A DNA stretch of 59,049 bases, counting the filler. It is 6 parts of 6 records of this genome, joined end to end, with 100 filler letters (N's around TTAATTAATTAA, not from the genome) between each part and the next. Parts side by side here need not be neighbours in the genome. Positions count along the whole stretch, not along the records: positions 5,776 to 16,870 come from SRR2962707_4640; positions 16,971 to 24,738 come from SRR2962707_4646; 4 more parts are not named here. One strand, written 5' to 3'. A program made the translations under genes and the position numbers. Under the pieces are notes generated by a model that saw nothing but the letters and a program-made list of their open reading frames with translations, ran no database searches and was not told the origin of the DNA. This document shows, in pieces, positions 9,088-20,944 of the stretch (within the stretch, counting starts at the first letter, position 1; each line of letters starts with the position of its first letter).

Positions 9088-11949
9088 TCAGCTCTCCCCT
9101 CCCGTTACTGTTTCGGTACGGGACGGGTCGATATCCATGGCATAATCGCTTTCTTCGATGCCAGCGCGACGTCCCAGTCGCGAAAAGCTTTCGAGCGACA
9201 GCATCACGGCACCGACCACGGCCAAGAACACGCCGAGGTCAAAGCCCATGGCGGTGGCCAGCTCGAACTTCTCCATCGGGGGAATGCGGAAATAACCAAA
9301 GGCCGAGGACAGGAACGGTGCGCCCGCAAACCATGCGCCGATACCGGTCAAACCAGCACAAAGCACCCCTGCCCCGATGATCCCGTGATAGGGATAACGC
9401 TGGCGACGATCTGCCCAGCTGAACCCGCTGGCCATGTACTGCATCAGCACCGCAATCGCGACGACCAGACCCGCGATAAAGCCGCCACCGGGTTCGTTAT
9501 GACCGCGCAGGAAGATATAGACACCCACCATCAAAACCAGCGGCATCAAGACGCGGGTCAGTACCACCATCATCAGCGGATGCGCATCGCCCGCGCGGGC
9601 TTCCTCGTATCCGCGGTTCAATAGACGCGCGCGGACAGGCCCGGCCAGCAAGGCTTCGGTCAGGGCATAGATCACCAGCGCCGCGATCCCCAGCACGATG
9701 ATTTCGCCAAAGGTATCAAAGCCCCGGAAATCAACGAGGATCACGTTCACCACATTGGTGCCGCCGCCGCCCTTGTAAGAATTGGCCAAATGGTATTCCG
9801 AGATCGACGTGATCGGGAAATCGGACATCAGCATCGCATAGGTCAGCCCCATGGCCGCGATGCCCCCCGCCAGTGCCAACACGATATCGCGGGTACGTTG
9901 GCCCGTAGTCGATTCAACCGGCGTCGCATTGGGCAAAAAGTTCAGCGCCAGCAGCAACAGCACAATCGTCACCACCTCGACCGAGATTTGCGTAAGCGCC
10001 AGATCGGGTGCCGAGAAGTAGTTGAACCCGACCGACACCATCAGCCCGATCACCCCCATCAAAATCAACGTGGCCAAGCGGTTACGATGCACAGTGACCA
10101 GGAATACCGTGGCAAGGATCAGCATCAACCACCCCGCAAAACCAACCGGCGTGATCGCCAGCATGTCACGTGTCGGTGCCGCGTTAACACCGGTGAACCA
10201 CGCATGCGCGCCAACGGCGATCACGGTTGCGGTGAAAATCGCGGCATAGCGGGTAAAGGAATTGTTGTGCAGCCGTTCGGCAAACACATAGGCAAGCGAC
10301 ACAGCCGCCGCGATGATCCGGTCAAAGATAGCCTTGGCTTCGGGGCGCGGTGTCGCGGCCCAAACCCGTGCCAGCGGGGCAAATGCCGCCAGCAGGATCA
10401 GACCACCCACCACGGCGATCACCGACATCCACAGCGCAGGCACCAACCCGTGCCAGATCTTGAAATGCGCATCGGGAACCGCAGCGGCGTTGCCGATCAC
10501 CGCTTGGGTCACGGTTTTCACAAAAGGTTCAGCCAGAAACGGTGCGACGCCGATCAGGATCACCGGAATAATCAGTAACGCAGGTGGCAACAGCAGGCCG
10601 ACCTCGGGATCATGCGGCTTGTCCGGGTAATCATCACGCACCGGCCCCAAAAACGTATGTGCAACAAACCGAAAGCTGTAGCCCGCCGAGAACAGCGCAC
10701 CCAACGTAGCCACCGCAGCCACCAGATAGGGCGAACCGAATAGCGTGGTGTGATAGGCCTCTTCCAGCATCATTTCCTTGGACAGGAACCCGTTCAACAG
10801 CGGAATCCCCGCCATCGACAGCGCCGCAATCGTCGCCACAGCAAAGGTCAGCGGCATCAGGCGGCGCAAGCCCCCCAACCGTTTCATATCGCGGGTGTGA
10901 ACGGCGTGATCAACAATGCCCGCCGTCATAAACAACGCCGCCTTGAAACTGGCGTGGTTCAGGATGTGAAACACCGCCGCCATCGCACCAAAGGCCGTGC
11001 CCGTGCCCAGCAAAAACGTAATCAGTCCCAGATGCGACACGGTCGAAAACGCCAGCAGCGCCTTGAGATCATCCTTGAACAGGGCAATCACCGCGCCCAG
11101 CACCATGGTAATCAAGCCCGCCGAGCACACCAAAATTACCCACAGGTCCGTGCCAGACAGAACCGGCCAAAGCCGTGCCATCAGGAACAACCCGGCCTTC
11201 ACCATGGTTGCCGAATGCAGATAGGCCGAAACCGGCGTCGGGGCCGCCATCGCGTGGGGCAGCCAGAAATGGAACGGGAACTGCGCGGATTTCGTGAAAC
11301 AGCCGACCAAGATCAGGATCAGCGCCGGTACGTATAGCGGCGAGGCTTGGATCAGCTCGCGATTTTCCAGAATCGTGGTCAGATCATAGCTGCCCGCGAT
11401 CTGCCCCAGCAAAAGCATGCCGCCGATCAACGCCAGACCGCCCATGCCCGTCACAGTCAACGCCATCCGCGCGCCTTGGCGGCCGTCAGCCGTGTGCTTC
11501 CAAAATCCGATCAACAGAAAGGACGACAGCGACGTGAGTTCCCAGAAAATCAGCAACATCAGTATGTTATCAGACAGAACGATCCCGACCATCGCGCCCT
11601 GAAACAGCAACAGGTAGGAATAGAATTCGCCCATATTGTCGTCACGCGACAGATAGAACCGCGCATAGGTGATGATCAGCAGCCCGATCCCCAGGATCAG
11701 CCCCGCAAACATCAGCCCCAAGGGATCAAGGAACAGATTGACGTTCAAGCCAAGCGACGGCAACCAGTTCAGCTGCGCGGTCACCACCTCGCCTGCCAGA
11801 ACGGCGGGCGCGTGGGTTGCAAGCCCGATCAACGCCGAGGCCGTCACCAAAAATGTCATGATAAAGCAGCTTTGACGGCCAGCCTGAATCATCAGACCGG
11901 GCAGCAAAGCGCCAAGAAACGGGAGGGCAATGATCAAAAATAAGGACAT
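9088..11949 (-). CDS. phaA: Mrp/Pha antiporter fused subunit A/B (group 2)
   Basis: TKSAQFPFHFWLPHAMAAPTPVSAYLHSATMVKAG, DFRGFDTFGE, RGHNEPGGGFIAG; start taken at MSLFLII. Confidence 0.95.
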   Translation of the reverse strand: MSLFLIIALPFLGALLPGLMIQAGRQSCFIMTFLVTASALIGLATHAPAVLAGEVVTAQLNWLPSLGLNVNLFLDPLGLMFAGLILGIGLLIITYARFYLSRDDNMGEFYSYLLLFQGAMVGIVLSDNILMLLIFWELTSLSSFLLIGFWKHTADGRQGARMALTVTGMGGLALIGGMLLLGQIAGSYDLTTILENRELIQASPLYVPALILILVGCFTKSAQFPFHFWLPHAMAAPTPVSAYLHSATMVKAGLFLMARLWPVLSGTDLWVILVCSAGLITMVLGAVIALFKDDLKALLAFSTVSHLGLITFLLGTGTAFGAMAAVFHILNHASFKAALFMTAGIVDHAVHTRDMKRLGGLRRLMPLTFAVATIAALSMAGIPLLNGFLSKEMMLEEAYHTTLFGSPYLVAAVATLGALFSAGYSFRFVAHTFLGPVRDDYPDKPHDPEVGLLLPPALLIIPVILIGVAPFLAEPFVKTVTQAVIGNAAAVPDAHFKIWHGLVPALWMSVIAVVGGLILLAAFAPLARVWAATPRPEAKAIFDRIIAAAVSLAYVFAERLHNNSFTRYAAIFTATVIAVGAHAWFTGVNAAPTRDMLAITPVGFAGWLMLILATVFLVTVHRNRLATLILMGVIGLMVSVGFNYFSAPDLALTQISVEVVTIVLLLLALNFLPNATPVESTTGQRTRDIVLALAGGIAAMGLTYAMLMSDFPITSISEYHLANSYKGGGGTNVVNVILVDFRGFDTFGEIIVLGIAALVIYALTEALLAGPVRARLLNRGYEEARAGDAHPLMMVVLTRVLMPLVLMVGVYIFLRGHNEPGGGFIAGLVVAIAVLMQYMASGFSWADRRQRYPYHGIIGAGVLCAGLTGIGAWFAGAPFLSSAFGYFRIPPMEKFELATAMGFDLGVFLAVVGAVMLSLESFSRLGRRAGIEESDYAMDIDPSRTETVTGGES

Positions 11950-12189
11950 GGCGGCAATTATCAGCGAGGGGCACCAAAACAACCAGCCCTAATTGACAAC
12001 TTTCCGCCCAAACCGTCGTTTTTTCGACGATTTTCATGCGGCCAATGCGCCCGCCCGTTACGGATCAAACGGTCAACAAACCGAGATAGGGTAATGGTTT
12101 GCAAAATAAAGGGGCGGCGGGCTCACTTCGCGTCGAATTACGATGGCGGGCCGTTTTTTTCGCCACGACCACGCCGCAGGCTGTCCTGT

Positions 12190-13014
12190 TTACCCTCGTT
12201 CGTCAGCCTCGTCCTCGGACAATTGCCCCTTAAAGCCTGTGGCGACCACGAATTTCTCTGAGCTGTCCTGACGGCTTGCGGGCGGCTTGATGTTCAACAC
12301 TTTGGTAAAGCGGCGTTTCAACAGCTTTTGCAGATCGCCCTCGGCACCGCCGGCCAAAACCTTGGCAACAAATGTGCCGCCGTCTTCCAGCACATCAAAC
12401 GCGAAATAGGCCGCAGCCTCGCATAGGGCGATGATGCGGTTGTGGTCGGTCTGTTTGTGGCCCGAGCTGGACGCCGCCATGTCAGACATCACCACATCGG
12501 CCTTGCCGCCCAGCCAATCCTTGACGGTTTGGTCTGCGTCGTCTTCCATGAAATCAAGGACGTGGAGTTCACAACCGGCAATCGGTTCCATCTCTTGCAG
12601 GTCGATGCCCAAAATGGTGCCGACGTTTTTGCCCTTTTTCTCGCCCAGCACATTGCAGCGCTTTACCGCGACCTGACACCAGCCACCGGGGGCAGCACCC
12701 AAATCGACGATCCGCGCACCGGGCACCAGAAAGCGGAACTTGTCGTCCAGCTCCATAATCTTATAGGCCGCGCGGCCACGATAGCCTTCGGCATTGGCGC
12801 GTTTGACATAGGGGTCATTCAACTGACGCTGCAACCACCGGGTCGAGCTAAGCTTGCGCCCGCGCGCCGACTTTACCTTGACCTTCAGGTCACGTTGACC
12901 GCGGCCCGATGTGTTCTTGCCGGTTGGGGTTTTGCCGCCCGAGGTCTTGCCCGATGGCGTTTTATCCGTCGGCGTCTTGCCTGTCGGCGTCTTGCCCGTT
13001 GGTGTTTTAACCAT
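12190..13014 (-). CDS. rlmE: 23S rRNA Um2552 methyltransferase RlmE/FtsJ with an N-terminal pentapeptide repeat
   Basis: [44 protein letters not shown] motifs. Confidence 0.95.
   Translation of the reverse strand: MVKTPTGKTPTGKTPTDKTPSGKTSGGKTPTGKNTSGRGQRDLKVKVKSARGRKLSSTRWLQRQLNDPYVKRANAEGYRGRAAYKIMELDDKFRFLVPGARIVDLGAAPGGWCQVAVKRCNVLGEKKGKNVGTILGIDLQEMEPIAGCELHVLDFMEDDADQTVKDWLGGKADVVMSDMAASSSGHKQTDHNRIIALCEAAAYFAFDVLEDGGTFVAKVLAGGAEGDLQKLLKRRFTKVLNIKPPASRQDSSEKFVVATGFKGQLSEDEADERG
12911..13008 (-). repeat. Degenerate 15-nt coding tandem repeat (KTPTG-like, about 6-7 units)
   Basis: [35 protein letters not shown] in the RlmE N-terminus. Confidence 0.9.
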
Positions 13015-14129
13015 CAGCTTGGTCCTTCTTCCAAAACGCCATCCGCGCTCATCTGGGCATATAACAGCCCCTCGCGCAGACCACGGTCTGCAACACTTAA
13101 TCTATTTGTCGGCCAGCACCGCATCAAGGCCTGCAAGATCGCAGCCCCCGACATGATCAACGCCTGACGGTCTTGACCGATACGCGGGTCAGCACGACGC
13201 CCCCCCGGCCCCATCGCCAGATAGGAATGGATCACCTTGTCGATCTGGGCGCTGCTCATGCGCAACCCGTCAACCTTGGTCCGGTCATAGCGCTTTAGCC
13301 CCAAATGGCTGGCAGCAACAGTGGTGACCGTACCGGATGTGCCAACGATCTGGAAATGATCCTGCGACTGGGTGGATTGATAAGGCGTAAAGCTTTGCAG
13401 GTTTTCCTCAAAGAACCAGCTCATCAACGCGAAACGCGCGGCATCGTCTTCGACATCGGAAAACTGGTCGCGCAAGGTGGCCACACCCAAAGGCACGCTG
13501 ATCCAGTCGACCACGCGGGCCTCGGGGATGCCAGTCTTGGCCTGATTGAACCCGCCGTGCAGCCGCATGATCGACCGCGCGCGGTCTGCCTTGGGCACTT
13601 TGGAAATGTCGATCCAGACCAGTTCGGTTGACCCGCCGCCAATATCCACCACCAACAGGTTATGGGTTTTGCGGTTCACCAAGGGCGCACAGGAAATCAC
13701 CGCCAGTTGCGCTTCTTCCTCGGGTTTGATGATATCAAGCTTCAGGCCGGTTTCGCGCTGGATACGCGCCATGAATTCCGCGCCATTGCTGGCACGGCGG
13801 CAGGCCTCGGTCGCGACCAGGCGCATCCGGCGCACCTTGTTACGGCGCAGCTTTTGCTGACAGATACGCAATGCCTGAATGGTGCGAGTCATCGACCCGC
13901 GCGACAATCGCCCGGTCTTCTCAAGCCCTGCCCCAAGCTGGACAGACTTCGAGAAACTGTCGACGACATGAAAACCGCTCCCCTTGGGTTGAGCGATCAA
14001 CATGCGACAACTATTTGTGCCCAGATCAAGGGCCGCATAGAGTTCGGTCGATCTGGGCGGAACTGGCGCGGGGCTCAGAGCCGGCGGTGTGTCGAGCGCG
14101 CCCGCACCTTTGGGACGCTGTGGCGCCAT
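13014..14129 (-). CDS. ppx: Ppx/GppA family phosphatase
   Basis: [39 protein letters not shown]; 1-nt overlap with the rlmE start. Confidence 0.92.
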   Translation of the reverse strand: MAPQRPKGAGALDTPPALSPAPVPPRSTELYAALDLGTNSCRMLIAQPKGSGFHVVDSFSKSVQLGAGLEKTGRLSRGSMTRTIQALRICQQKLRRNKVRRMRLVATEACRRASNGAEFMARIQRETGLKLDIIKPEEEAQLAVISCAPLVNRKTHNLLVVDIGGGSTELVWIDISKVPKADRARSIMRLHGGFNQAKTGIPEARVVDWISVPLGVATLRDQFSDVEDDAARFALMSWFFEENLQSFTPYQSTQSQDHFQIVGTSGTVTTVAASHLGLKRYDRTKVDGLRMSSAQIDKVIHSYLAMGPGGRRADPRIGQDRQALIMSGAAILQALMRCWPTNRLSVADRGLREGLLYAQMSADGVLEEGPS

Positions 14130-14392
14130 GGTTTGCGCCTTTCATTACGAGTTGCGTTTAAAGTAGTGTCTCTTGGGCCTAGGGGCAAGCGGGAAACGCC
14201 GCCGTTGACGTCGCTTCATGCGATGCACCTCACAACCATCTTGAGAATTATGAGGGGTTGGTGCCCTCGCCCCTTGGCACTGCCCTGTGTACAGTAACGA
14301 CGTCGCAGACGCCGTTTTGAGTGTCGAAAAACGGCGACGCGGACAGATCAACAACCGCTAGAAAAACGCTAGTGCAGTCAAAGGAATCGACC

Positions 14393-14689
14393 ATGCCAGA
14401 AGTAACCATCGTCTATTGGCGTGATATTCCTGCCCAAGTGATTGTCGGCAAGGGCCGTCGCGGATCCAAACGCGCGCTGCCCGAACGGTTTGAACAGGCG
14501 ATTGATCGCGCGGCAATGAAGATCGGTGCCGAAGATTCCGATGCCTATCTGGCGGAATGGCGCAAGGCAGACCCTTATACAGTTGATGGCGAACCCGATG
14601 CCGTCGCCGATACCGAGGCTGCGCGCATTGATGCCGAATACGACCGCGACCGTATCAAGGCGCTGATTGCAAAAGACGGATGGGCTTAG
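14393..14689 (+). CDS. Small 'virulence factor' domain protein
   Basis: YWRDIPAQV...LPERFEQAIDRAAM...YLAEWRK signature; AAGGA ribosome-binding site before ATG 14393. Confidence 0.85.
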   Translation: MPEVTIVYWRDIPAQVIVGKGRRGSKRALPERFEQAIDRAAMKIGAEDSDAYLAEWRKADPYTVDGEPDAVADTEAARIDAEYDRDRIKALIAKDGWA

Positions 14690-14731
14690 CCCCATGTCCC
14701 CACGTTGATCCCTTTCATGAAAGACACGCTC

Positions 14732-15661
14732 ATGGCTCTTCTCAATTTTCGACGCAAAGAAGCCCCTGCCCCCAACATGCCCAACCCGGCAGTCGAGGCG
14801 TTCTTGCAGGACTATTCCATCGAAGTGATGCCGCGCACCGCCGAGAAGGTTGAGAATTTCCGCGATCTGCTGCCTGCGGGCACACGTGTCTATATCGCCC
14901 ATATCGAGGGCACGCCGATCGAAGACATGGTTGCCACTGCCGCGCGCCTGAACGCTGACGGTTTCAAGGTGATGCCCCACATGCCCGCGCGGATCATCAA
15001 GGACAAAGCCACGCTGGAAAACTGGATCGCCATGTATCAGGGCGAGGCTGACGTGAAACAGGCGTTGCTGCTGGCCGGTGGCGTCACAACGCCCCACGGT
15101 GATTTCAGCGATTCAATGCAGTTGATGGACACGGGCCTGTTCGACAAACACGGGTTTGAACGGCTGCACATCGCGGGCCACCCCGAAGGCAACCGCGACA
15201 TCGACACTGACGGCACCCGCCTGCGCGTCGATGATGCGCTGCGCTGGAAACAAGGGTTCTCTGAACGTACCGACGCCAAAATGGCCATCGCCACGCAATT
15301 CGCGTTCGAGGCACAGCCGGTCATCGAATGGGCAGACAGCCTGAAAGCGGCGGGCATCGACCTACCGATCCACATCGGCATCGCGGGCCCGGCCAAGCTG
15401 CAAACCCTGATCAAATTCGCCATCGCTTGCGGTGTCGGCCCGTCGCTGAAAGTGCTGCAAAAGCGTGCGATGGACGTGACCAAGCTGCTGCTCCCCTACG
15501 AGCCGACGGACGTGATCACCGAACTGGCCGCCCACAAGGCTGCCAACCCCGACTTTAACATTACCAATGTGCATTTCTTTCCGCTGGGCGGGATCAAGAC
15601 GAATGCCAATTGGGCCATTGAAAACGGCGGGGCTTCTGCCCGACCTGCCAGCGCCGTCTAA
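14732..15661 (+). CDS. metF: Methylenetetrahydrofolate reductase (alphaproteobacterial variant)
   Basis: YSIEVMPR, AGHPEG, TQFAF, CGVGPSL, HFFPLGG motifs. Confidence 0.85.
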   Translation: MALLNFRRKEAPAPNMPNPAVEAFLQDYSIEVMPRTAEKVENFRDLLPAGTRVYIAHIEGTPIEDMVATAARLNADGFKVMPHMPARIIKDKATLENWIAMYQGEADVKQALLLAGGVTTPHGDFSDSMQLMDTGLFDKHGFERLHIAGHPEGNRDIDTDGTRLRVDDALRWKQGFSERTDAKMAIATQFAFEAQPVIEWADSLKAAGIDLPIHIGIAGPAKLQTLIKFAIACGVGPSLKVLQKRAMDVTKLLLPYEPTDVITELAAHKAANPDFNITNVHFFPLGGIKTNANWAIENGGASARPASAV

Positions 15662-15685
15662 ACGCGCTTAACTGAAAGAAGAACC

Positions 15686-16765
15686 ATGACCAGAACCGTC
15701 GTCGAATCCAAAACCAAAACAGCGATCATCGGCTTTGACGAGCCCTTCTGCGTTATCGGAGAACGCATTAACCCCACGGGCCGCAAGATCCTGGCCGAAG
15801 AGCTGGAGCGCGACGATTTCAGCCGCGTCGAGGCAGACGCGATTGCGCAGGCTGCCGCCGGTGCCAATATCCTCGATGTGAACTCCGGCGCTGTTTTCTC
15901 GAACAAAATGGCTGAAGACCCCCGCTATGCGGATAACAACTTTGTCGAACCCACATTGATGCGCCAGTTGATCGAAGTCGTGCAGCGCGTGGTTGATATC
16001 CCGCTGTGCATCGACAGCTCGGTTCCCGGCGCGCTGGAAAACGGTCTGGCCGCTGCCGAAGGCCGCCCGCTGTTGAACTCGGTCACGGGCGAGGAAGAGC
16101 GCCTTGAGCTGGTTCTGCCGCTGGTCAAGAAATACAACGTGCCGGTCGTGGCGATTTCCAACGATGACACCGGCATTTCCGAAGACCCCGATGTGCGGTT
16201 CAACGTCGCCAAAAAGATCGTCGAACGCGCCGCAGATTTCGGCATTCCCGCCCATGACATCGTGGTCGACCCGCTTGTCATGCCGATCGGTGCCATGGCA
16301 ACCGCTGGCCATCAGGTATTCACCCTTGTGCGCCGCCTGCGCGAAGAACTGGGCGTCAACACCACCTGTGGCGCGTCCAACATCAGCTTTGGCCTGCCAA
16401 ACCGCCACGGCATCAACAACGCGTTCCTGCCAATGGCCATGGGCGCTGGCATGACGTCGGCGATCATGAACCCGATCACCCTGCCCGTGAACCGGACCAA
16501 AATCGCGGAACACAAGGCGCTGATCATGGCGGCGGGCATTATCCTGCCCGAAGACATCGACGACGAAACGTTTGTGACCCTGTTCGGTCTGGGATCGACC
16601 AAAGCCACCCCCGGCAAGGAAATGGAAGCCATCCGCGCCGCCAACTTCCTGTATGACCGCGACCCCCATGGCAGCGAGTGGATCAAGTTCAACAAAGTCG
16701 CCCCCAAAGCCGGCCAAGAAGGCCGCGGCCGCGCAGGCCGTTCGGGCGGACGCCGTCGGGGGTAA
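15686..16765 (+). CDS. Pterin-binding methyltetrahydrofolate:corrinoid methyltransferase (split methionine-synthase module)
   Basis: IGERINPTGRK, LDVN, PLCIDSS, NSVTGEE, DPLVMP, GASNISFGLP motifs; Gly/Arg-rich tail. Confidence 0.9.
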   Translation: MTRTVVESKTKTAIIGFDEPFCVIGERINPTGRKILAEELERDDFSRVEADAIAQAAAGANILDVNSGAVFSNKMAEDPRYADNNFVEPTLMRQLIEVVQRVVDIPLCIDSSVPGALENGLAAAEGRPLLNSVTGEEERLELVLPLVKKYNVPVVAISNDDTGISEDPDVRFNVAKKIVERAADFGIPAHDIVVDPLVMPIGAMATAGHQVFTLVRRLREELGVNTTCGASNISFGLPNRHGINNAFLPMAMGAGMTSAIMNPITLPVNRTKIAEHKALIMAAGIILPEDIDDETFVTLFGLGSTKATPGKEMEAIRAANFLYDRDPHGSEWIKFNKVAPKAGQEGRGRAGRSGGRRRG

Positions 16766-16790
16766 ATTTCATCCGGCGATATGGTTTAGG

Positions 16791-16831
16791 AAACCCCTGA
16801 GGACGATGGTCTTTCAGGGGTTTTTCTTTTT
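16791..16831 (+). terminator. Intrinsic terminator
   Basis: AAACCCCTGA...TCAGGGGTTTTT hairpin plus T-run just after the methyltransferase stop. Confidence 0.8.
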
Positions 16832-16870
16832 GGTAGGTGTTTTGATATACTGGAAGTCCGGTGTGCGGAC

Positions 16871-16970
16871 NNNNNNNNNNNNNNNNNNNNNNNNNNNNNN
16901 NNNNNNNNNNNNNNTTAATTAATTAANNNNNNNNNNNNNNNNNNNNNNNNNNNNNNNNNNNNNNNNNNNN
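16871..16970. other. Artificial contig-joining spacer
   Basis: N-run + TTAATTAATTAA + N-run. Confidence 0.97.
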
Positions 16971-17046
16971 CCCCCCCCCCCCCCCCCCCCCCCCCTGTTC
17001 AACCATTGTCTGATTCTCTGAACTGTGTTACGGTGTTGTTGACCAG

Positions 17047-20000
17047 GGGGACGAAATCGTCAAGCGCTTGGTGCCGAGGCAGCTTCTCTCAACTCCGATG
17101 ATATGGTGCACTTGGTGGAAGATGTGCAGCGAGAGTTTGACGCTCCCACCAGCCCGGTTGCTTCCGCTAGCTATCATGGTAGCAATGGTAGCAGCCCATC
17201 GTCAGAGCGACGACAGCAGCAGTTTATGTCCATGCTCGAACGCGAACGAAGAGAAGATGAGCAGCAACAGCAGCAGGAGTATATCAACAAGGCACCAGGG
17301 GGCATGAACTTTTCAATCAACCCCGGTGGCCACGGGGTGCGTGTGCTGCAAGATGAACTCCCTGGGAGCGGTGCGGAGTTCTACGGCGGAATATCCGAAG
17401 CAAAAAAGCAAGAGTTTGCGCTGCGGAAGCGAGTTGATGCGCAAGGCCGTCAAATTGCTGACGCAAGGGCAAAGATTCAGCAAAAAGTAGAGTCGGCAGT
17501 GGCGCTTGAAAAACACCGGTTGCGGGACGAAGAAGAGCGTGCCGAGTCGCTTCGGAAGCAGATCGAGCGGTATCGCATGCACGCCAAAGAGAAGTACAAC
17601 ATTTTGCTCCGCCATCGCCACCACCTTCGTCGCAAACTTGAGCAAGCGAAGAGTACGCTCAAAGTGTGCGGTGTAAAATTGCACACTTTCCAGCACGAGC
17701 TACGGACTGTGCACGAGGCGGAATTGCGCAGGCAAAACACCCTGCAGGCGAACAATCGCACACTCTACCACCGCATTCGCGTTCTGGAGGTGATCCTCGG
17801 ACAACATGCGCACGGCTCGCAGCCTGCCATTGACAGCGACGATTCCATATGTAGGAATGGTGACGAGAACCCTTTTGCACGTTTCGGACGGGATGATGCG
17901 CATCGAAGCGTCAGTTCGAACAGGAATGGATCAATGACGGCAACAGCGATCGCGTTACGGCCCTCTGGAAGCGAGGCACTTGTTGACAACGACACCCGAG
18001 GGAAAAATGCCACCAGCGGAGCGTTTGAGGCTGCTTGTGTAGCTGCCTTCGCACACCAAAAGTACAGTCACTTATTGTTGGCTGAGCGAACAAAAGCCGT
18101 TTCACAGATGGTGCAAGAGGCTCGCGAAGAACGTCGGCGCCGTGTCCTTGATGTGACGTCGCTGACACCATCAATGCTGCGCTCTCGCTTTGAGCATGCA
18201 CGCAAGATTTCTGCGTACGAGGCACGCAACCAAGCGCTGGAGGGCGAGCGAGCTCGTGAGGCACTTGCGCTGGTTTCAAAATCAGTCAAAGAAGTCGCTG
18301 GCAAACCGAAGGCAGTTTCAACAAAAGCAGTCGCAACAGCAACAGCGCGACTGAGGTCATTGCAAGAGAAGGTCGACGCGAAGCAACGCGAGCACGATGT
18401 TGCGGAGCGCAAGTATGAGCAGGTGAAGCGACGGCATCTCACACTCACCCGTAAATTGACGGAACTCCGGGGTGCTGTGGGAGTTCTTGACAAGGCTCTG
18501 CCTGGGGACAATGCCGTAGATCGACATGCGCTTGTACCCGCGAGCGCAGGTGGCAGGCAATCGTCCAGCGATGGCGACGATCAACAGTTGCGCAAGTATG
18601 AGCAACAAGTGATACAGTTTCGGGAAGTGCAGGGCAATCTTTTGGAAAAGCGCGATGAAGATGCTCGTGCGGAGATTGTTGCGGCAAAGGAGCGACTTCA
18701 GGCAAAGTTCAAGCGTGATATGGATGTCGAGGTAAAGCAAATGGCAGCCGAGTTCAAGGTGAAAATGCAGCGAACTGCAGAGGAGCACGCACTAGCCCGT
18801 CGTAGCAGCGAGGAGTCGGCAGATAAATGCCGCTCGAGATTGAAAAAAATGGACTTTCAAATGCACGAGGTGGGAAGTCGCCGCGCAGAGCTAAAAGATC
18901 GTTGGTCACACTACGAGCAGCGAATTCACAGACTCAGGGAGCTCCAAGACGGCATTCGCTTGAGGTGGCGAGGGTCCAAAGTGTTGCGCGCAGATCGTGT
19001 ACTGGATTTCTTCACGGCGTTGTCGAGTCTCGGCTCGGACGTTCGTGGTTCGCCACCTCCAGCTGGCCGGCCTCTTTGTTTGGCTGCACCTTTCACGACT
19101 CCTGATGTACTGGCAACGCTTCGGTCCAAGGTCGGCCGCTTAGCCCGTCAGCGTGCTGTTCACGGAGATATTGAGGATGTATTTGGGCACTGGTCAGCTG
19201 CGGTCCAAGCAGCCAGGCATGTTCAAGACTGGGTCGATGACCCTGCGTTTGCGCTGAGCATGGACCTTCGTTTGCTACAGGTTGCGGGCGTCCCCGGGCT
19301 CCCGTCACCTGCAGCTGCAGGTCGAGTCCAGCAGGGGCACCTTTCAGAGGCTCAATTTCGCCTTTTGAAAGGTGTCGTGCACAATGCTGAGGACTTCTTC
19401 AAGAAGATTCAAGCGCAAGACCTTCGACCGATGAGCAAGCGCCTAAAGAGGCTTCTTCAAGAGTATGCTTACGCAACTGGTCAATTAAGTGCCACGCAGA
19501 CGCGTGGACACGGCAGTGACGATGGCGACGAGGATTCGGTGCTCAGCATGGCGTCTTCCACAGCCACAGGCGCAACGGGCTCAAGTTTGGCCCATCAAGT
19601 TACTGTATTGGTACGGGGTAGCGGTCTAGAGAACGTAGGAGCTCGACTTCGCAAAGAGCGTTTGCTCAACCACGCGGTTCTTGACACAGACATGTTGTTG
19701 CAAAGGCTGCGCCAAGAAACACAACACCCACAGCAGTCGACTGAGCAGAACCTTGGTCAACAAAGCAAAGCCATCGGCGGTGCCCTGGCGGGTCCAACTC
19801 GTAAGCCCAGAGTTGATGCAGGGAATGCTGCAGCCTCGCCCATCTCGAGGTACAAACCCGCGTCCCACCTCGTTAATCCTTTCTTGCCATCTGCTTCGGC
19901 ACGGCAACAACAGCATCGCACCGCATCGCAACCTGACGGCCAACAGCCTCACCCCCAAAGTCTTGCAGATGATGGTACTACCCGAGCTGCTGTAAGTGCT

Positions 20001-20592
20001 CCAGCCCCCGCATCTGCACCCGCACCAGCGCCCGCACCGTATGTGTCACCTTATTCGCAGCAGCGATTCCGAAGACCTAAGCAACCGCTGGATGTATCAA
20101 AGGGAAGCGCGCCTTCTTCACCATTGCACTCGCCATTTTTGCGCACAAATGGAGGAGCCGGATCCGGAACGGTGTCTCCCGTTCGTTCGCCACATGTGCA
20201 CCAAGGTGAATGGAGAAACGAGCGGTTGCACAGCGTGGACGACCTGGCCACAGCACCGCTGCACAATTCGCCAGCAACGAGAGCAGGTTCCATGTAAGTC
20301 ACTTGCAAACTTTGTTTTCGTGACAGACGATTTGTTGTGCTTGTGGGCTATGCGTCATGCCGTCGTATTTCATGTCAATGACAGGTTTGATGCGGCTCGC
20401 AGCGACGCATTTTTGGCGGAGATTGATGCGTTTGAAGGTGCCATGGAACAGCGCTTGCAGGCAGCCCTTGCCACTAGCAACGATCTTCTGAGTAACCACC
20501 ACTACCAACAGCAATCCAAGGGAGGTGGCAGCGGCATCTCGCACAAATCCGCTGGAAGCGTTGGCAGCCGATCGAAAAATCGGCGGTGGTGA
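17047..20592 (+). CDS. Eukaryotic large coiled-coil protein of unknown function, probably 5'-partial
   Basis: Acceptor ...GACCAG at 17046; exon 17047-20293; GTAAGT donor at 20294; acceptor GACAG at 20384; last exon 20385-20592 in frame (AT|G). Heptad-rich E/K/R/Q segments. Confidence 0.7.
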
Positions 20593-20944
20593 GGCGTTGC
20601 CCTCGTCAAAGGGGCAAAGTGCCACTGTGATGTTATGCCTCCTGGCACCCAGCGCTGCTTCCACCATGTTCATAAAAGTTTATATGCACTCCTGGGAACT
20701 TTTCCTGACCTTCGACACGTCGACACCTCACTCTTGTGAATCAATTTTTATTGAATACTTGGGTGGGGGTTAGCAGTTAGCGGAATATTTGAACAAGCGG
20801 TGACGTGCCCAGCAGAAAGTTTTCCACATGATGCCCCCCGACAAGAATGCATCAATGAACCGCCTGAAAGTGTTGTGTGCTACGATTTATGCCACAGAAG
20901 CATCGACATGGCAATGGCCGCTTGCACTAAAGGTCGACGCAATC

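Noticed and set aside
9088-11949. Fusion of MrpA and MrpB
   Set aside because: Standard group 2 Mrp/Pha organisation
16971-16995. 25-nt poly-C (possible G-quadruplex on the other strand)
   Set aside because: Sits at a contig edge; its length is unreliable and it may be a sequencing artefact
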